Below the pieces are notes generated by a model, which saw only the letters and a program-made list of their open reading frames with translations, did no database searches and had not been told where the DNA came from. DNA of 44,854 nucleotides from an uncultured Clostridia bacterium (lineage in GTDB: Bacteria; Bacillota; Clostridia; Christensenellales; CAG-917). The stretch spans positions 1 to 44,854 of the forward strand of contig CANQCC010000002.1 of assembly GCA_947589635.1 (NCBI GenBank), given 5' to 3'. Made by a program: the position numbers and the translations under genes. Shown piece after piece: positions 25,469 through 34,417 of the stretch (the first letter of the stretch is position 1; each line of letters begins with the position of its first letter).

Positions 25469-26959
25469 ATGATGGAAGAAAAAGTTGTTACGCCCGTTGT
25501 TGACGAAAACGAGGTGCGGAAAGTAAGAATAGAAAAGCTGGGAGAACTTGTCGCGCGTGGCGAAGATCCGTTTGAGAGGACGTCGTATATACGCACCGCG
25601 ACCGCGGGAGCAATACTTGCGAACTATGACGCGTACGAGGGCAAGGAAGTGTCTATCGCGGGCAGACTTGTGTCCAAGCGCATAATGGGCAAGGCGAGCT
25701 TTGGGCATATCATGGACGCGGACGGCAAAATGCAGGGCTACTTCAGCCGCGACGACATGGGCGCCGATCAATATCAGGACTTCAAAAAGCTGGATATCGG
25801 CGACATCATCGGCATAAAAGGCGTCGTGTTCAAGACGAAGACGGGGGAGATATCCGTGCACGTCAAAAGCGCGGAGTTGCTTACAAAATCGCTGCTGCCC
25901 CTTCCCGAAAAGTTTCACGGGCTTAAGGATACGGAACTTCGCTATCGCCAGCGCTATGTCGACCTCATCGTCAATCCCGAGGTCAAGGACGTCTTTGTCA
26001 AGCGCAGCAAGATAATCTCCGTCATCCGCCGCGTGCTTGACGAGGAGGGCTATCTCGAGGTGGAGACCCCCATCCTCAACACGCTTGCGGGCGGCGCAAA
26101 CGCGCGTCCCTTCATCACGCACCACAATACGCTTGACATAGATATGTACATGCGCATCGCGACGGAGCTGCACTTGAAGCGCCTGATCGTCGGCGGCTTT
26201 GAAAAGGTGTACGAGATAGGCAGACAGTTCCGCAACGAGGGCATGGACCCCAAACACAATCCGGAGTTCACCACGCTGGAGCTGTACCGCGCCTATGTGG
26301 ACTACCGCGCGATGATGGACATCACCGAAAAGCTGTATACGACCGCCGCGCAGGAAGTGCTTGGCACCCTCGACATAGAGTATCAGGGCACCCCTCTTCA
26401 TCTCGCCTCCCCGTGGGAGCGCATGACGATGGTCGAAGCGGTCAAAAAGTATACGGGGCTGGATTTTGAAAACGAGCCTTTAGACGTACTGTTAACCCGT
26501 GCCAAAGCGGAACTTGACCTCGAACTTCCAACGGATATAAGTTGGGGCAACGCGCTGTACAAGATTTTCGACGTGTGCGTGGAGGAAAAACTTACGGGCC
26601 CCGTCTTCATAACGGATTATCCCGTCGAGGTCAGCCCGCTTGCTAAGCGCAAGCCGTCGGACCCGAGGCTTACGGAAAGGTTTGAGTTCTTCCTGTGCGC
26701 GACGGAGGGCGGCAACGCTTTCAGCGAACTTAACGATCCTCTCGATCAGCGCAAGCGCTTCGAGGCGCAGATGCAAGCCAAAGCGAAGGGCGACGAGGAG
26801 GCTCAGCCCTATGACGAGGACTTTTGCACCGCGCTGGAGTACGGCATGCCTCCGACGGGCGGACTTGGGATAGGGATCGACAGAATGGTCATGTTCCTCA
26901 CAAACTCCGCGTCCATCCGCGACGTGCTGCTTTTCCCGACTATGAGGCCGCAAAAATAG
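25469..26959 (+). CDS. lysS: Lysine--tRNA ligase (class II)
   Basis: 496-aa ORF with an OB-fold N-domain and class II motifs (FRNEG, ELNDP, GIGIDRMVM). The greA-lysS order is common in Firmicutes. Confidence 0.93.
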   Translation: MMEEKVVTPVVDENEVRKVRIEKLGELVARGEDPFERTSYIRTATAGAILANYDAYEGKEVSIAGRLVSKRIMGKASFGHIMDADGKMQGYFSRDDMGADQYQDFKKLDIGDIIGIKGVVFKTKTGEISVHVKSAELLTKSLLPLPEKFHGLKDTELRYRQRYVDLIVNPEVKDVFVKRSKIISVIRRVLDEEGYLEVETPILNTLAGGANARPFITHHNTLDIDMYMRIATELHLKRLIVGGFEKVYEIGRQFRNEGMDPKHNPEFTTLELYRAYVDYRAMMDITEKLYTTAAQEVLGTLDIEYQGTPLHLASPWERMTMVEAVKKYTGLDFENEPLDVLLTRAKAELDLELPTDISWGNALYKIFDVCVEEKLTGPVFITDYPVEVSPLAKRKPSDPRLTERFEFFLCATEGGNAFSELNDPLDQRKRFEAQMQAKAKGDEEAQPYDEDFCTALEYGMPPTGGLGIGIDRMVMFLTNSASIRDVLLFPTMRPQK

Positions 26960-26989
26960 TATTCTAATGAGATAAAATCAAAATTTCCA

Positions 26990-27028
26990 AGGGGCGCAAG
27001 CGCTAAAGGCGGGCGCCTCTTTTTCTTT
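26990..27028 (+). terminator. Rho-independent terminator of lysS
   Basis: Stem AGGGGCGC (26990-26997) pairs with GCGCCTCT (27013-27020) with one G-U pair, followed by TTTTCTTT. Confidence 0.6.
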
Positions 27029-27064
27029 GGAAGTTTTCAGGTTTCAATTTTGAGAATTTTCATA

Positions 27065-27093
27065 TTGAAATATCCTTATTCGTATGATATTAT
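27065..27093 (+). promoter_or_regulatory. Sigma-70-type promoter of the two-gene giant membrane protein operon
   Basis: TTGAAA (27065-27070), 17-nt spacer, TATTAT (27088-27093). Confidence 0.5.
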
Positions 27094-27170
27094 ATAATAG
27101 TAGCAAAATAGATGTGCATACGCGCGCGTATATGCGCCGCCCATGCGCGTCTTAAGATAAGGAGAAAATT

Positions 27171-30100
27171 ATGAATCAAACCAAGCAGATCCGAAAGGCG
27201 AGGAAATATCGCATACTTAAGGTATTCTTTTATTTTCTCGGGCTTCCGCTTTTTATTTTTGCGGTATTCCTCACGTCCTTAAGGTTTTTGGGGCAGGACC
27301 CGTTTATGGGCACCAACGAGTTGACCTCGGGACTGGGCTTCTTTGCCGGGTATGAGGAGCTTATTACCGCTCCCGCGCTGTTTGGCGTGTGGCTTTCGTT
27401 TGCGGTATGGGCGTTGATATCCATCTTCCATCTTATCCTTGCAAAGACCGTCAAGAGCCGTCGCGTAAGGATGTTCGCGGTGCTTGCGCTGGTGCTTGTT
27501 ATCATGCTTGGCGGCACCTTCATCATGGACGCTGTCTTCGAGGCGAACATAAATGCGAAGATAGAGGCGGCGCCCGAGGGCGTAGTTGTGCAAAACTATA
27601 AGACGCAGCTGTCCTATTATCGTCACGTCAGTCACGGCCGGCGCCTCAAGAACTACACGCACGTCCTCGAAGAGCAGGTGCAGCTGCTTGAAAAGGTCTA
27701 TAATGTGGAATGGAACGGCGTCGACAAGAGCGGCGTCGCGGGCAATATTTCAAATAAGCCCATCGACTATTATTACATTTTGTCCGATCCCGACGAGAAC
27801 GGCAGGGTAAAGCAAGGCGTGGACATAAAGTTTGTGCTCAACAAGGAGACGAACACCTATGAACTTGCCACCGACGAAAACGGCGATGTCGTCGTGGGCA
27901 ACGGCAGACCCACTCTCGAGGAAGAGGGCAGGCAACTTGTCCGCATCAAGCCCAACGCCGACGGCGAGCTTGTGATAGGCGGCAAGGTATATTCCCACTA
28001 CTTCTACGTCTCGCGCACCGCGATGAACGGCGAGACGATATATCTTTGGTACGCCAAAGACCTGATGCCCACCTCCACCACATACAAAAGCGACGGCACC
28101 GTCAAACACGCGCCCGTGGACGGAATCTACGGCGAGGCGCTGTACAACGAGAGCGGCCTCATCTCGGACGGCTGGATATTCAGCTTCCAAAACGTGGTGG
28201 AAATCCTCGAAGACTACTACGAGGGCGTCGAGGGCCTTGCGAAAATGGAGGCTTCAAGCTCCAGCTTCGCAAGAAACCTGTCTACAATAAAGACGCAGGC
28301 GGAAAGGATCCGCGACAGATATTACGCGGGCACGGCGGAGCTGCCCTCCACGGGAGAGAAGATAGACCCGTGGACAAAGGCGCTTTACGACCAGGAGATC
28401 CACTTTACGGAGGACTTCTCTCTCACTCGCGGCGAGCTTAACTCGATACTTGCGAGGGTGGGCGCGCTGCTTGGCGACAACCACCTGTTCGACTTCCTGT
28501 TCAAAGACTACGACAAACTTGACGACGCGCTTGAAAACATGGGACTCGGCGCCGTTCTCGCTCCCATTCTTGAAAAGCTGTCGGGCGGTTACGCGCTTAG
28601 CGAGTTCGGCATAGACGCCGAGACCATGAATACCGTTGCGGACTGGGTGAGAACGCTGACGGGCAAAACCGCCGACTATCAGATAAACGAATTGTATATC
28701 GTGCTCGACTACAAAAACGAAAAGCACGACCACCTGTACGTCGCGCTTGTCAGAGACAACGGCAAATCCGGCGAAGAGATGGCCCCGGGCACAAATCCCG
28801 AAGACATCGTGCTTGATATCGACTTTGACGACGTGCTTCTCGACGAGGAGATGGATGATTACGCGTTCGACCTCGATCACCTCAGCGTCTTCCTCAACAC
28901 AGCGTTGAACGGCTTGCTTGATAAGTTTGATATCAACATAAACGAAGGCATAATCTCCACCGTTCTCGGCCTTATCCTGAAGGATATCGAGATGGATTCG
29001 CAGACATACAAGGGTCTTGTGATAGGCGGCATAAGCATTCCGCTGCTCAAAGAGAACAATGAGGACGGCGCGGCGAACCTTGAATTTGCGATAGATATAA
29101 ACGCCATATTGACAAATCTTCTCAGCACATGGTATTCCTATCAATCTCCCGTCATCAAACCCATCTGGGAGTTCTATGAGGAGTTCAACACGGGCTCCAA
29201 CCAGGAGATGGCGCAGATGGCAAAATACCTTGCGCAGTCCGAGCGCGCGTACTACATCGCGAGCGTGTACGGCAGCATGATAGGCAGCACGCTCATCGGC
29301 GATTCGCTCGGCGGCGGAGTTTACGACTCCTCCTTCGGGCTCAGCGACCGCGTCGCCGTAAGCCAACTCAAATCCGATCTCTCGTATATGAGAACATATT
29401 TCCCTATCTACGGATTCCGCGACATGATGATGACCTTCTCGGGCATCGTGTTGCTCTGCTACTTCCTCAGCTTCCTCGCCGCGGAAAAGGAAGAGATGTA
29501 TGCCACGGGCAAGTTGCTCGGCAAGGTCACTCAGCAAGACCTCGAGCAGGAGCTTGAAAACGCGCCCTCTTCCCCCGAACCCGGCACCGTAGAGATGCCC
29601 GAACCTCGGTCTTTGGCAGGCGAACAAGCGCCCGCGAACGGCGAAGGAGAGCAAGGACAGGCTCCGCCCGAAGGCGAAGCCGCGCCAAATGCAGCAGGCG
29701 TGGCTCCCATTCCCGCCGACGACGGGTTGGAACTCCTTCCCGAAGACGAGGTCAAACCCGCTCAGAACGAAGGCGAGGCTAAGCCCGCGCAAAACGCAGA
29801 AGGGGCTCAGGATGTGAAACCCGCTCCCGAAGCAGGCAACGCTCCCGAACAGAAGGCAACGCCCGCGGAGACTCCCGCAGGGGATAAAGCCCCGGAAGTC
29901 CTCGACGACGCCCTCCTCGAAGAGGTGGGGCTTGAAGAGGCTCCCGTGCAGGATGTAAAACCCGCCGCGCTCGCAAGCGACGCAAAGCAAGCGGCAAAGC
30001 CCGCGGAGACTCCCGTAAAGGACGATAAGAAGGGGAAAGCCCTCGCAAAAGAGGATAAGAAGGCTCAGAAGGCTCTCGCTCAGGAAGCCAAGAAGGCGGA

Positions 30101-30338
30101 AGAAGCCAAGAAAGCGGAAGAAGCCAAAAAAGCGCAAGAGGCTAAGAAAGCCGAAGCCGCTAAGAAAGCCGAAGAAGCCAAGAGAGCGCAAGAAGCTAAG
30201 AAAGCCGAGGCCGCTAAGAAGGCAGAGGAGGCTAAGAAAGCGCAGGAGGCCAAGAAGGCGCAGGCAAAGGCGAAAGCCGAGGAGGCTAAGGCCAAAAAAG
30301 TACCTGCAAAACAAAATAAAGAGGGGGAGGTGAAGTGA
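27171..30338 (+). CDS. Giant polytopic membrane protein (1055 aa), unknown function, with an Ala/Lys/Glu repeat tail
   Basis: AGGAGA lies upstream of the ATG. Three to four N-terminal TM helices are followed by a hydrophilic domain of roughly 600 aa rich in Asp/Tyr/Asn/Gly. One further TM helix (FSGIVLLCYFLSFLAA) precedes a Pro/Glu/Ala-rich segment and AKKAEE-type repeats. Confidence 0.8.
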   Translation: MNQTKQIRKARKYRILKVFFYFLGLPLFIFAVFLTSLRFLGQDPFMGTNELTSGLGFFAGYEELITAPALFGVWLSFAVWALISIFHLILAKTVKSRRVRMFAVLALVLVIMLGGTFIMDAVFEANINAKIEAAPEGVVVQNYKTQLSYYRHVSHGRRLKNYTHVLEEQVQLLEKVYNVEWNGVDKSGVAGNISNKPIDYYYILSDPDENGRVKQGVDIKFVLNKETNTYELATDENGDVVVGNGRPTLEEEGRQLVRIKPNADGELVIGGKVYSHYFYVSRTAMNGETIYLWYAKDLMPTSTTYKSDGTVKHAPVDGIYGEALYNESGLISDGWIFSFQNVVEILEDYYEGVEGLAKMEASSSSFARNLSTIKTQAERIRDRYYAGTAELPSTGEKIDPWTKALYDQEIHFTEDFSLTRGELNSILARVGALLGDNHLFDFLFKDYDKLDDALENMGLGAVLAPILEKLSGGYALSEFGIDAETMNTVADWVRTLTGKTADYQINELYIVLDYKNEKHDHLYVALVRDNGKSGEEMAPGTNPEDIVLDIDFDDVLLDEEMDDYAFDLDHLSVFLNTALNGLLDKFDININEGIISTVLGLILKDIEMDSQTYKGLVIGGISIPLLKENNEDGAANLEFAIDINAILTNLLSTWYSYQSPVIKPIWEFYEEFNTGSNQEMAQMAKYLAQSERAYYIASVYGSMIGSTLIGDSLGGGVYDSSFGLSDRVAVSQLKSDLSYMRTYFPIYGFRDMMMTFSGIVLLCYFLSFLAAEKEEMYATGKLLGKVTQQDLEQELENAPSSPEPGTVEMPEPRSLAGEQAPANGEGEQGQAPPEGEAAPNAAGVAPIPADDGLELLPEDEVKPAQNEGEAKPAQNAEGAQDVKPAPEAGNAPEQKATPAETPAGDKAPEVLDDALLEEVGLEEAPVQDVKPAALASDAKQAAKPAETPVKDDKKGKALAKEDKKAQKALAQEAKKAEEAKKAEEAKKAQEAKKAEAAKKAEEAKRAQEAKKAEAAKKAEEAKKAQEAKKAQAKAKAEEAKAKKVPAKQNKEGEVK
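30084..30299 (+). repeat. In-frame 18-nt-period coding repeat (A-K-K-A-E-E type hexapeptides)
   Basis: Translation reads EAKKAEEAKKAEEAKKAQEAKKAEAAKKAEEAKRAQEAKKAEAAKKAEEAKKAQEAKKAQAKAKAEEAKAKK. Confidence 0.85.
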
Positions 30339-30339
30339 A

Positions 30340-33078
30340 ATGAGCGACAAGGATAAAAAGATCATGGCAATCGAAAAAGCGTCCGACGCCAACAGCAAGG
30401 CAAACGCCAAGCCCGAAAAAGCACCTAAACCCGAAAAGGTAAAACCCGAAAAGGCTCCCAAACCCGAAAAACCGGCTAAACCCGAGAAAGTTAAGGAACC
30501 CAAGCCGGAGAAAGCCCCTAAACCCGAAAAGGTCAAGGAGCCTAAACCGGAAAAGGCCGCAAAGCCCGAAAAAGTCAAAGAACCCAAGCCTGAAAAGGCG
30601 AAGGCGGAGAAGGCGCCCAAGCCCGAAAAAGCGCCCAAGCCCGAAAAAGAGAAGAAGGAGAAGGCGCCCAAGCCCGGCAAAGAGGAGAAGCAGGCTCTCA
30701 AAGAGGCCAAGAAGAAAGCAAAGAAGGAGCCTAATGGCATCGTCAACGTGGACGCGGAGGGCAACGTCATAGGAGAGGCGTTCCCCGTCGCGAAGAGCGA
30801 CAAGCGCGATCACACCAAGACCTCCGTCGCATACACGGCGCTTGCTTTCCTGCTGAACGTGCTTGCGGTGGTGCCGCTTGTGGCAGTGCCAATCTTCCTT
30901 GCGGTCAAGGGGTATCAGCTTATGCCCGCGTACGGCATATGGCACTTCATAGGCCTCATCATTCTGCTTGTGTTCGCGGCGATATTCATCGTTGTCACGC
31001 TGTGCGTATCCCGCAAAAAGTCAAAACGCAGCATATTGTCGCAGACGGCGAGGATAGCGTTCACATACATCTTCCTCACGACGATATTCGGCATGATCCT
31101 CACCTACGTGGCGCCCGACATCATAGAAAACGCCACTTCGGCGACGCTGTTTGTCGAGGACGTGTTCTACAATGCGGAGCCGCAACTTGAAAAGAACGCC
31201 GCGCTTGAAAGGCAATACATCATGTATAACGTCCTCAACGGCAACCTCAACATGTACGGCGAGGACGGCAAGGTGCTTAAGGACGGCGACTTCTCATACG
31301 CCACGCTTGAAGATCACACCGTCAACACGCAGAGCGGCGTCATGACCTACAAAATCAAAGATATCCAAAGCGCATACAACACCTACAAGAGGCAATACAA
31401 CACCACCGCCAAATTTGACGCCTTGCTTGCGACCATAGCGGAACAGGACGCGTACAAGAGCGAGCTGTACAACTTTGTGTACAAGACCTATGTGTTGAAC
31501 GACTTCGATTACGCGCTTGACAACAAGGTGGATCGCCGCGCGATCACTCTGGCGATAGTGGACTATTTGTATGAAAACGCAAACTACTCGCAGCTTATCG
31601 CGGACGGTTTCAAGAAGGGCTCGAAGGTGGCAGAGCTGTTCAAGAACAACTACGACAACTTCAATCAGGATGGATATCAGACCTTCGACGATCCGCTGCT
31701 GCTGTATGCGCAGCTCGACAAGCGCATGACAATTCCCGTCGTGCTCAGGCTCATCCTCAACAAGGGCTGGACGTATTCGCAACCGAGTATGGGCGGCGGC
31801 AAAGTGTACTACACCGACGACAACAACTTCCTCTATGAGCTGTACGATCCCAAGACCGTGGAGGCATACAAGGCGGACGGCGGCAGATTCACCTATGAGG
31901 ATACGCTGATAAACGGCGACGGCAACGAGTACAACGTGCGCTACGGCTTTAACGACGACGGCTGGAAAGTTTACGAAAACGGCATTGTCAAGCGCCCCAT
32001 CAAGTGGCTGGTGCTGGATATGCTCGGCGATCCCATGGCGGTTGCGTCGATAGACCTGTCCAATGTGTCCATAGACTTGTCAAGCCTTGTGCCCGGCCTT
32101 AAGTTGACTATCCCGCTCATTCTGCAGGCTGTCGAAAACCTCGCGGGCGGCTTGATCGACGGCATCGGCGACTTGCTAAGCGAGGACCTTGTCGACCTCA
32201 TCAAGGACGTGACGGGCGGCGCGGCGCTCAGCATAGGCATCTGCATAGACGACGCAAACGCGCTGCAGATCCAGGCGCTGCCCATGAACCCGACATACGG
32301 AATGCTCGGCTACATGCAGGCGACGTGGGTACAATCCAACAACCTGCTTATGGCGGTCGTCAACGTCATGAACGTCCGCAATTGGCTGTACATCTTCGGC
32401 GCGGTCGGAGTCATCCTGCTTGTGGCGGCGGGCGTGCTCAGAGAGTGCGGAAGGCGCACGAGAATGAGAGCGGCTATCGCGCGCGACAGGCTTATAAGAG
32501 CGGGCGCGCAACCTCAGGGCAGCATTGAAGAGGCCAACAGAAAGATAGAAGAGAAAAAGGAAAAGGACAAACTCAAGCCCAAGATCGAAGAGGCTAAGAT
32601 GGAGGTCATGCGCGCGCAGGAGAAACTTGACAACATAGTCGCGTGCGACACCGAAGAGCAATTCAAAGAGCTTGAGAAAGAGCAAAAAAACAAGGATAAA
32701 GAGCTCAAGAAGCAGCAAAAAGAAGAGGCTCAGAAGGCCGCGGAAGAGGCTAAAAAAGCAGCGGAGGCCGAAAAGAAGGAAAAGGCCAAGCTGAAAGAGG
32801 AAGAGGCCAAAAAGGCGGCTCAGGAAAAGGCTCAGGAAAAGGCGCAGAAGGAAAATAATAAGCCCGAAAAAGCTCCCAAACCCGAAAAAGTCAAGGAGCC
32901 TAAGCCCGCTAAGCCCGCGCCCGAAAACAAGGCCAAACCGTCGGCAGGCAATCCCGCAAGACCCGCGGGAGCAAAACCCGCCCCCAAACCGGGAGTGAGA
33001 CCTGCGGGGACCAAACCTCCCGTAAGACCCGCCGGGGCAAAACCCGTCCAGGGCGGCAAACCTAAGCCCAAGCAATAA
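30340..33078 (+). CDS. Giant polytopic membrane protein (912 aa), unknown function, with Pro/Glu/Lys repeats at both termini
   Basis: The ATG lies 1 nt after the upstream TGA. The order of parts is: an N-terminal KPEKxx array, three to four TM helices, a hydrophilic domain of roughly 400 aa, one TM helix (WLYIFGAVGVILLVAAGVL), and a Lys/Glu coiled-coil-like and PAGAKP-type tail. Confidence 0.8.
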   Translation: MSDKDKKIMAIEKASDANSKANAKPEKAPKPEKVKPEKAPKPEKPAKPEKVKEPKPEKAPKPEKVKEPKPEKAAKPEKVKEPKPEKAKAEKAPKPEKAPKPEKEKKEKAPKPGKEEKQALKEAKKKAKKEPNGIVNVDAEGNVIGEAFPVAKSDKRDHTKTSVAYTALAFLLNVLAVVPLVAVPIFLAVKGYQLMPAYGIWHFIGLIILLVFAAIFIVVTLCVSRKKSKRSILSQTARIAFTYIFLTTIFGMILTYVAPDIIENATSATLFVEDVFYNAEPQLEKNAALERQYIMYNVLNGNLNMYGEDGKVLKDGDFSYATLEDHTVNTQSGVMTYKIKDIQSAYNTYKRQYNTTAKFDALLATIAEQDAYKSELYNFVYKTYVLNDFDYALDNKVDRRAITLAIVDYLYENANYSQLIADGFKKGSKVAELFKNNYDNFNQDGYQTFDDPLLLYAQLDKRMTIPVVLRLILNKGWTYSQPSMGGGKVYYTDDNNFLYELYDPKTVEAYKADGGRFTYEDTLINGDGNEYNVRYGFNDDGWKVYENGIVKRPIKWLVLDMLGDPMAVASIDLSNVSIDLSSLVPGLKLTIPLILQAVENLAGGLIDGIGDLLSEDLVDLIKDVTGGAALSIGICIDDANALQIQALPMNPTYGMLGYMQATWVQSNNLLMAVVNVMNVRNWLYIFGAVGVILLVAAGVLRECGRRTRMRAAIARDRLIRAGAQPQGSIEEANRKIEEKKEKDKLKPKIEEAKMEVMRAQEKLDNIVACDTEEQFKELEKEQKNKDKELKKQQKEEAQKAAEEAKKAAEAEKKEKAKLKEEEAKKAAQEKAQEKAQKENNKPEKAPKPEKVKEPKPAKPAPENKAKPSAGNPARPAGAKPAPKPGVRPAGTKPPVRPAGAKPVQGGKPKPKQ
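30408..30683 (+). repeat. In-frame 18-nt-period coding repeat (K-P-E-K-x-x hexapeptides)
   Basis: Translation reads KPEKAPKPEKVKPEKAPKPEKPAKPEKVKEPKPEKAPKPEKVKEPKPEKAAKPEKVKEPKPEKAKAEKAPKPEKAPKPEKEKKEKAPKPGK. The peptide KPEKAPKPEKVKEPKP recurs near the C-terminus (DNA about 32861-32917). Confidence 0.85.
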
Positions 33079-33095
33079 GCAAAGGATCAAGCAAC

Positions 33096-33130
33096 CAAAA
33101 AAGGATCGCGCAAGCGGTCCTTTTGCTTTT
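33096..33130. terminator. Bidirectional terminator between convergent operons
   Basis: AAGGATCGC (33101-33109), GCAA loop, GCGGTCCTT (33114-33122). An A-run lies upstream and TTTGCTTTT downstream. Confidence 0.7.
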
Positions 33131-33196
33131 GATATTTTGTTGTCGTACGTAGTGATGCGGGGCGATGGAATTAATCTTATGATATTCTAAAAATTT

Positions 33197-34417
33197 TCAG
33201 GCGTTTTTGAGGTCTCTGGTGAGGATGTCGCCGCTTTCAAGCGGGTAGGGACAGTCAAAGGAGTAGGCGGCTTGCACCAGCTTTGCGTCGTCTGTCACGC
33301 TGCCGTCCTGCATACATATCTCGCCCACCGTGAAGGTCTTGCCGTCCGCCGCGGAGGGGGACAGCACGTTGAGGGTATCGCCGCTGAAAAATCTGTTTCT
33401 CATCTCTACGAGGACTTTGCCGTCCTTATATGAGAGCACCGTCGCGACAAAGACTTCCTTTTCTTTTGTGCGGGTGCTGTCCGGGCTGACCGTGTCAAAG
33501 CGCTCGCCCTCGAAAAACGCCTCGGTGTAGGGCCTGTGCGAGATGCGCTCCAGTCTCTGCTCAAGCGCGGGAGCGTTTTCCACTCTGCCCGTCGCAAGAT
33601 AGCTGTCTATCGCGGCGCGGTAGGCGGAGGCGACGACGGCTATATAAAATTCGCTTTTCATTCTACCCTCTGCCTTGAGGGAGCACACGCCCGCCTTTGC
33701 CATCTCGGGTATGCGGGACAGCAGCCGAAGGTCCTTGCTGTTCATTATGTAGGTGCCGCGCTCGTCCTCTTCGATCGCGAGAGGAAGGTCGGGGCGCATC
33801 TCCTCCACGAGGGAGTAGCGGAAGCGGCAGGGCTGCATGCACTCGCCTTTGTTGGCGCTCCTTCCCGAAAAGTGCGTGGACAGCAAGCATCGCCCGCTGT
33901 AGCTTATGCACATGGCGCCGTGGCAGAACGCCTCAAGCTCGATATCGGGCACGGCGAGGTGTATGCGCGCCGTCTCTTCAAGGGAAAGCTCGCGCGCGAG
34001 AACGACTCTTGCGGCGCCCATATCGCGATAAAATTTTACCGTGCGGGAGTTGAGAGCGTTGGCCTGCGTCGAGACGTGTATGGGAAGATCAGGCGCGACC
34101 TCACGGCAAAGAGTCATCAGCCCTATGTCGGAGATCAGTACGGCGTCCGCGCCCGCGTCCTGCAAAAACGCGAAGTAATCTTTAAGTTTGTCTACGTCGG
34201 CGTCTTTTGCGAAGATGTTTGCGGCGACGTATACTTTTTTGTCGCGCGCGTGCGCGTAAGTCAAAGCCTCTATGATCTCATCGTCCGAAAAATTGTCGCT
34301 GAAAGCGCGCAAAGAAAAATTTTTGCCGCCTATATAGACGGCGTCCGCGCCGAAATGCACGGCGGTTTTAAGCTTTTTGAGGTTGCCCGCAGGCATCAAA
34401 AGTTCCAACATGCTCAC
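33197..34417 (-). CDS. Peptidase U32 family protein (YhbU/PrtC-like)
   Basis: LELLMPAGNLKKLKTAVHFGADAVYIGG plus the Cys-rich motif EAFCHGAMCISYSGRCLLS. A GTG start overlaps the upstream stop (GTGA); an ATG at 34411 is the alternative. Confidence 0.88.
   Translation of the reverse strand: MSMLELLMPAGNLKKLKTAVHFGADAVYIGGKNFSLRAFSDNFSDDEIIEALTYAHARDKKVYVAANIFAKDADVDKLKDYFAFLQDAGADAVLISDIGLMTLCREVAPDLPIHVSTQANALNSRTVKFYRDMGAARVVLARELSLEETARIHLAVPDIELEAFCHGAMCISYSGRCLLSTHFSGRSANKGECMQPCRFRYSLVEEMRPDLPLAIEEDERGTYIMNSKDLRLLSRIPEMAKAGVCSLKAEGRMKSEFYIAVVASAYRAAIDSYLATGRVENAPALEQRLERISHRPYTEAFFEGERFDTVSPDSTRTKEKEVFVATVLSYKDGKVLVEMRNRFFSGDTLNVLSPSAADGKTFTVGEICMQDGSVTDDAKLVQAAYSFDCPYPLESGDILTRDLKNA

Noticed and set aside
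25355-26401. 348-aa minus-strand ORF opposite lysS
   Set aside because: Antisense shadow of lysS.
30084-30683. Regular 18-nt periodic repeats that could superficially suggest a CRISPR-like or satellite array
   Set aside because: The repeats are in frame and contiguous with no unique spacers, and they encode hexapeptide low-complexity protein tails. No cas genes are present.
28254-30803. 849-aa minus-strand ORF (plus 30286..30945 and 32176..33090) opposite the giant membrane protein genes
   Set aside because: It crosses the gene junction and is dominated by low-complexity Leu/Phe/Gly/Ser strings. These are the reverse reading of the Lys/Glu/Ala/Pro repeats. The plus-strand genes have RBSs, TM helices and coupling.
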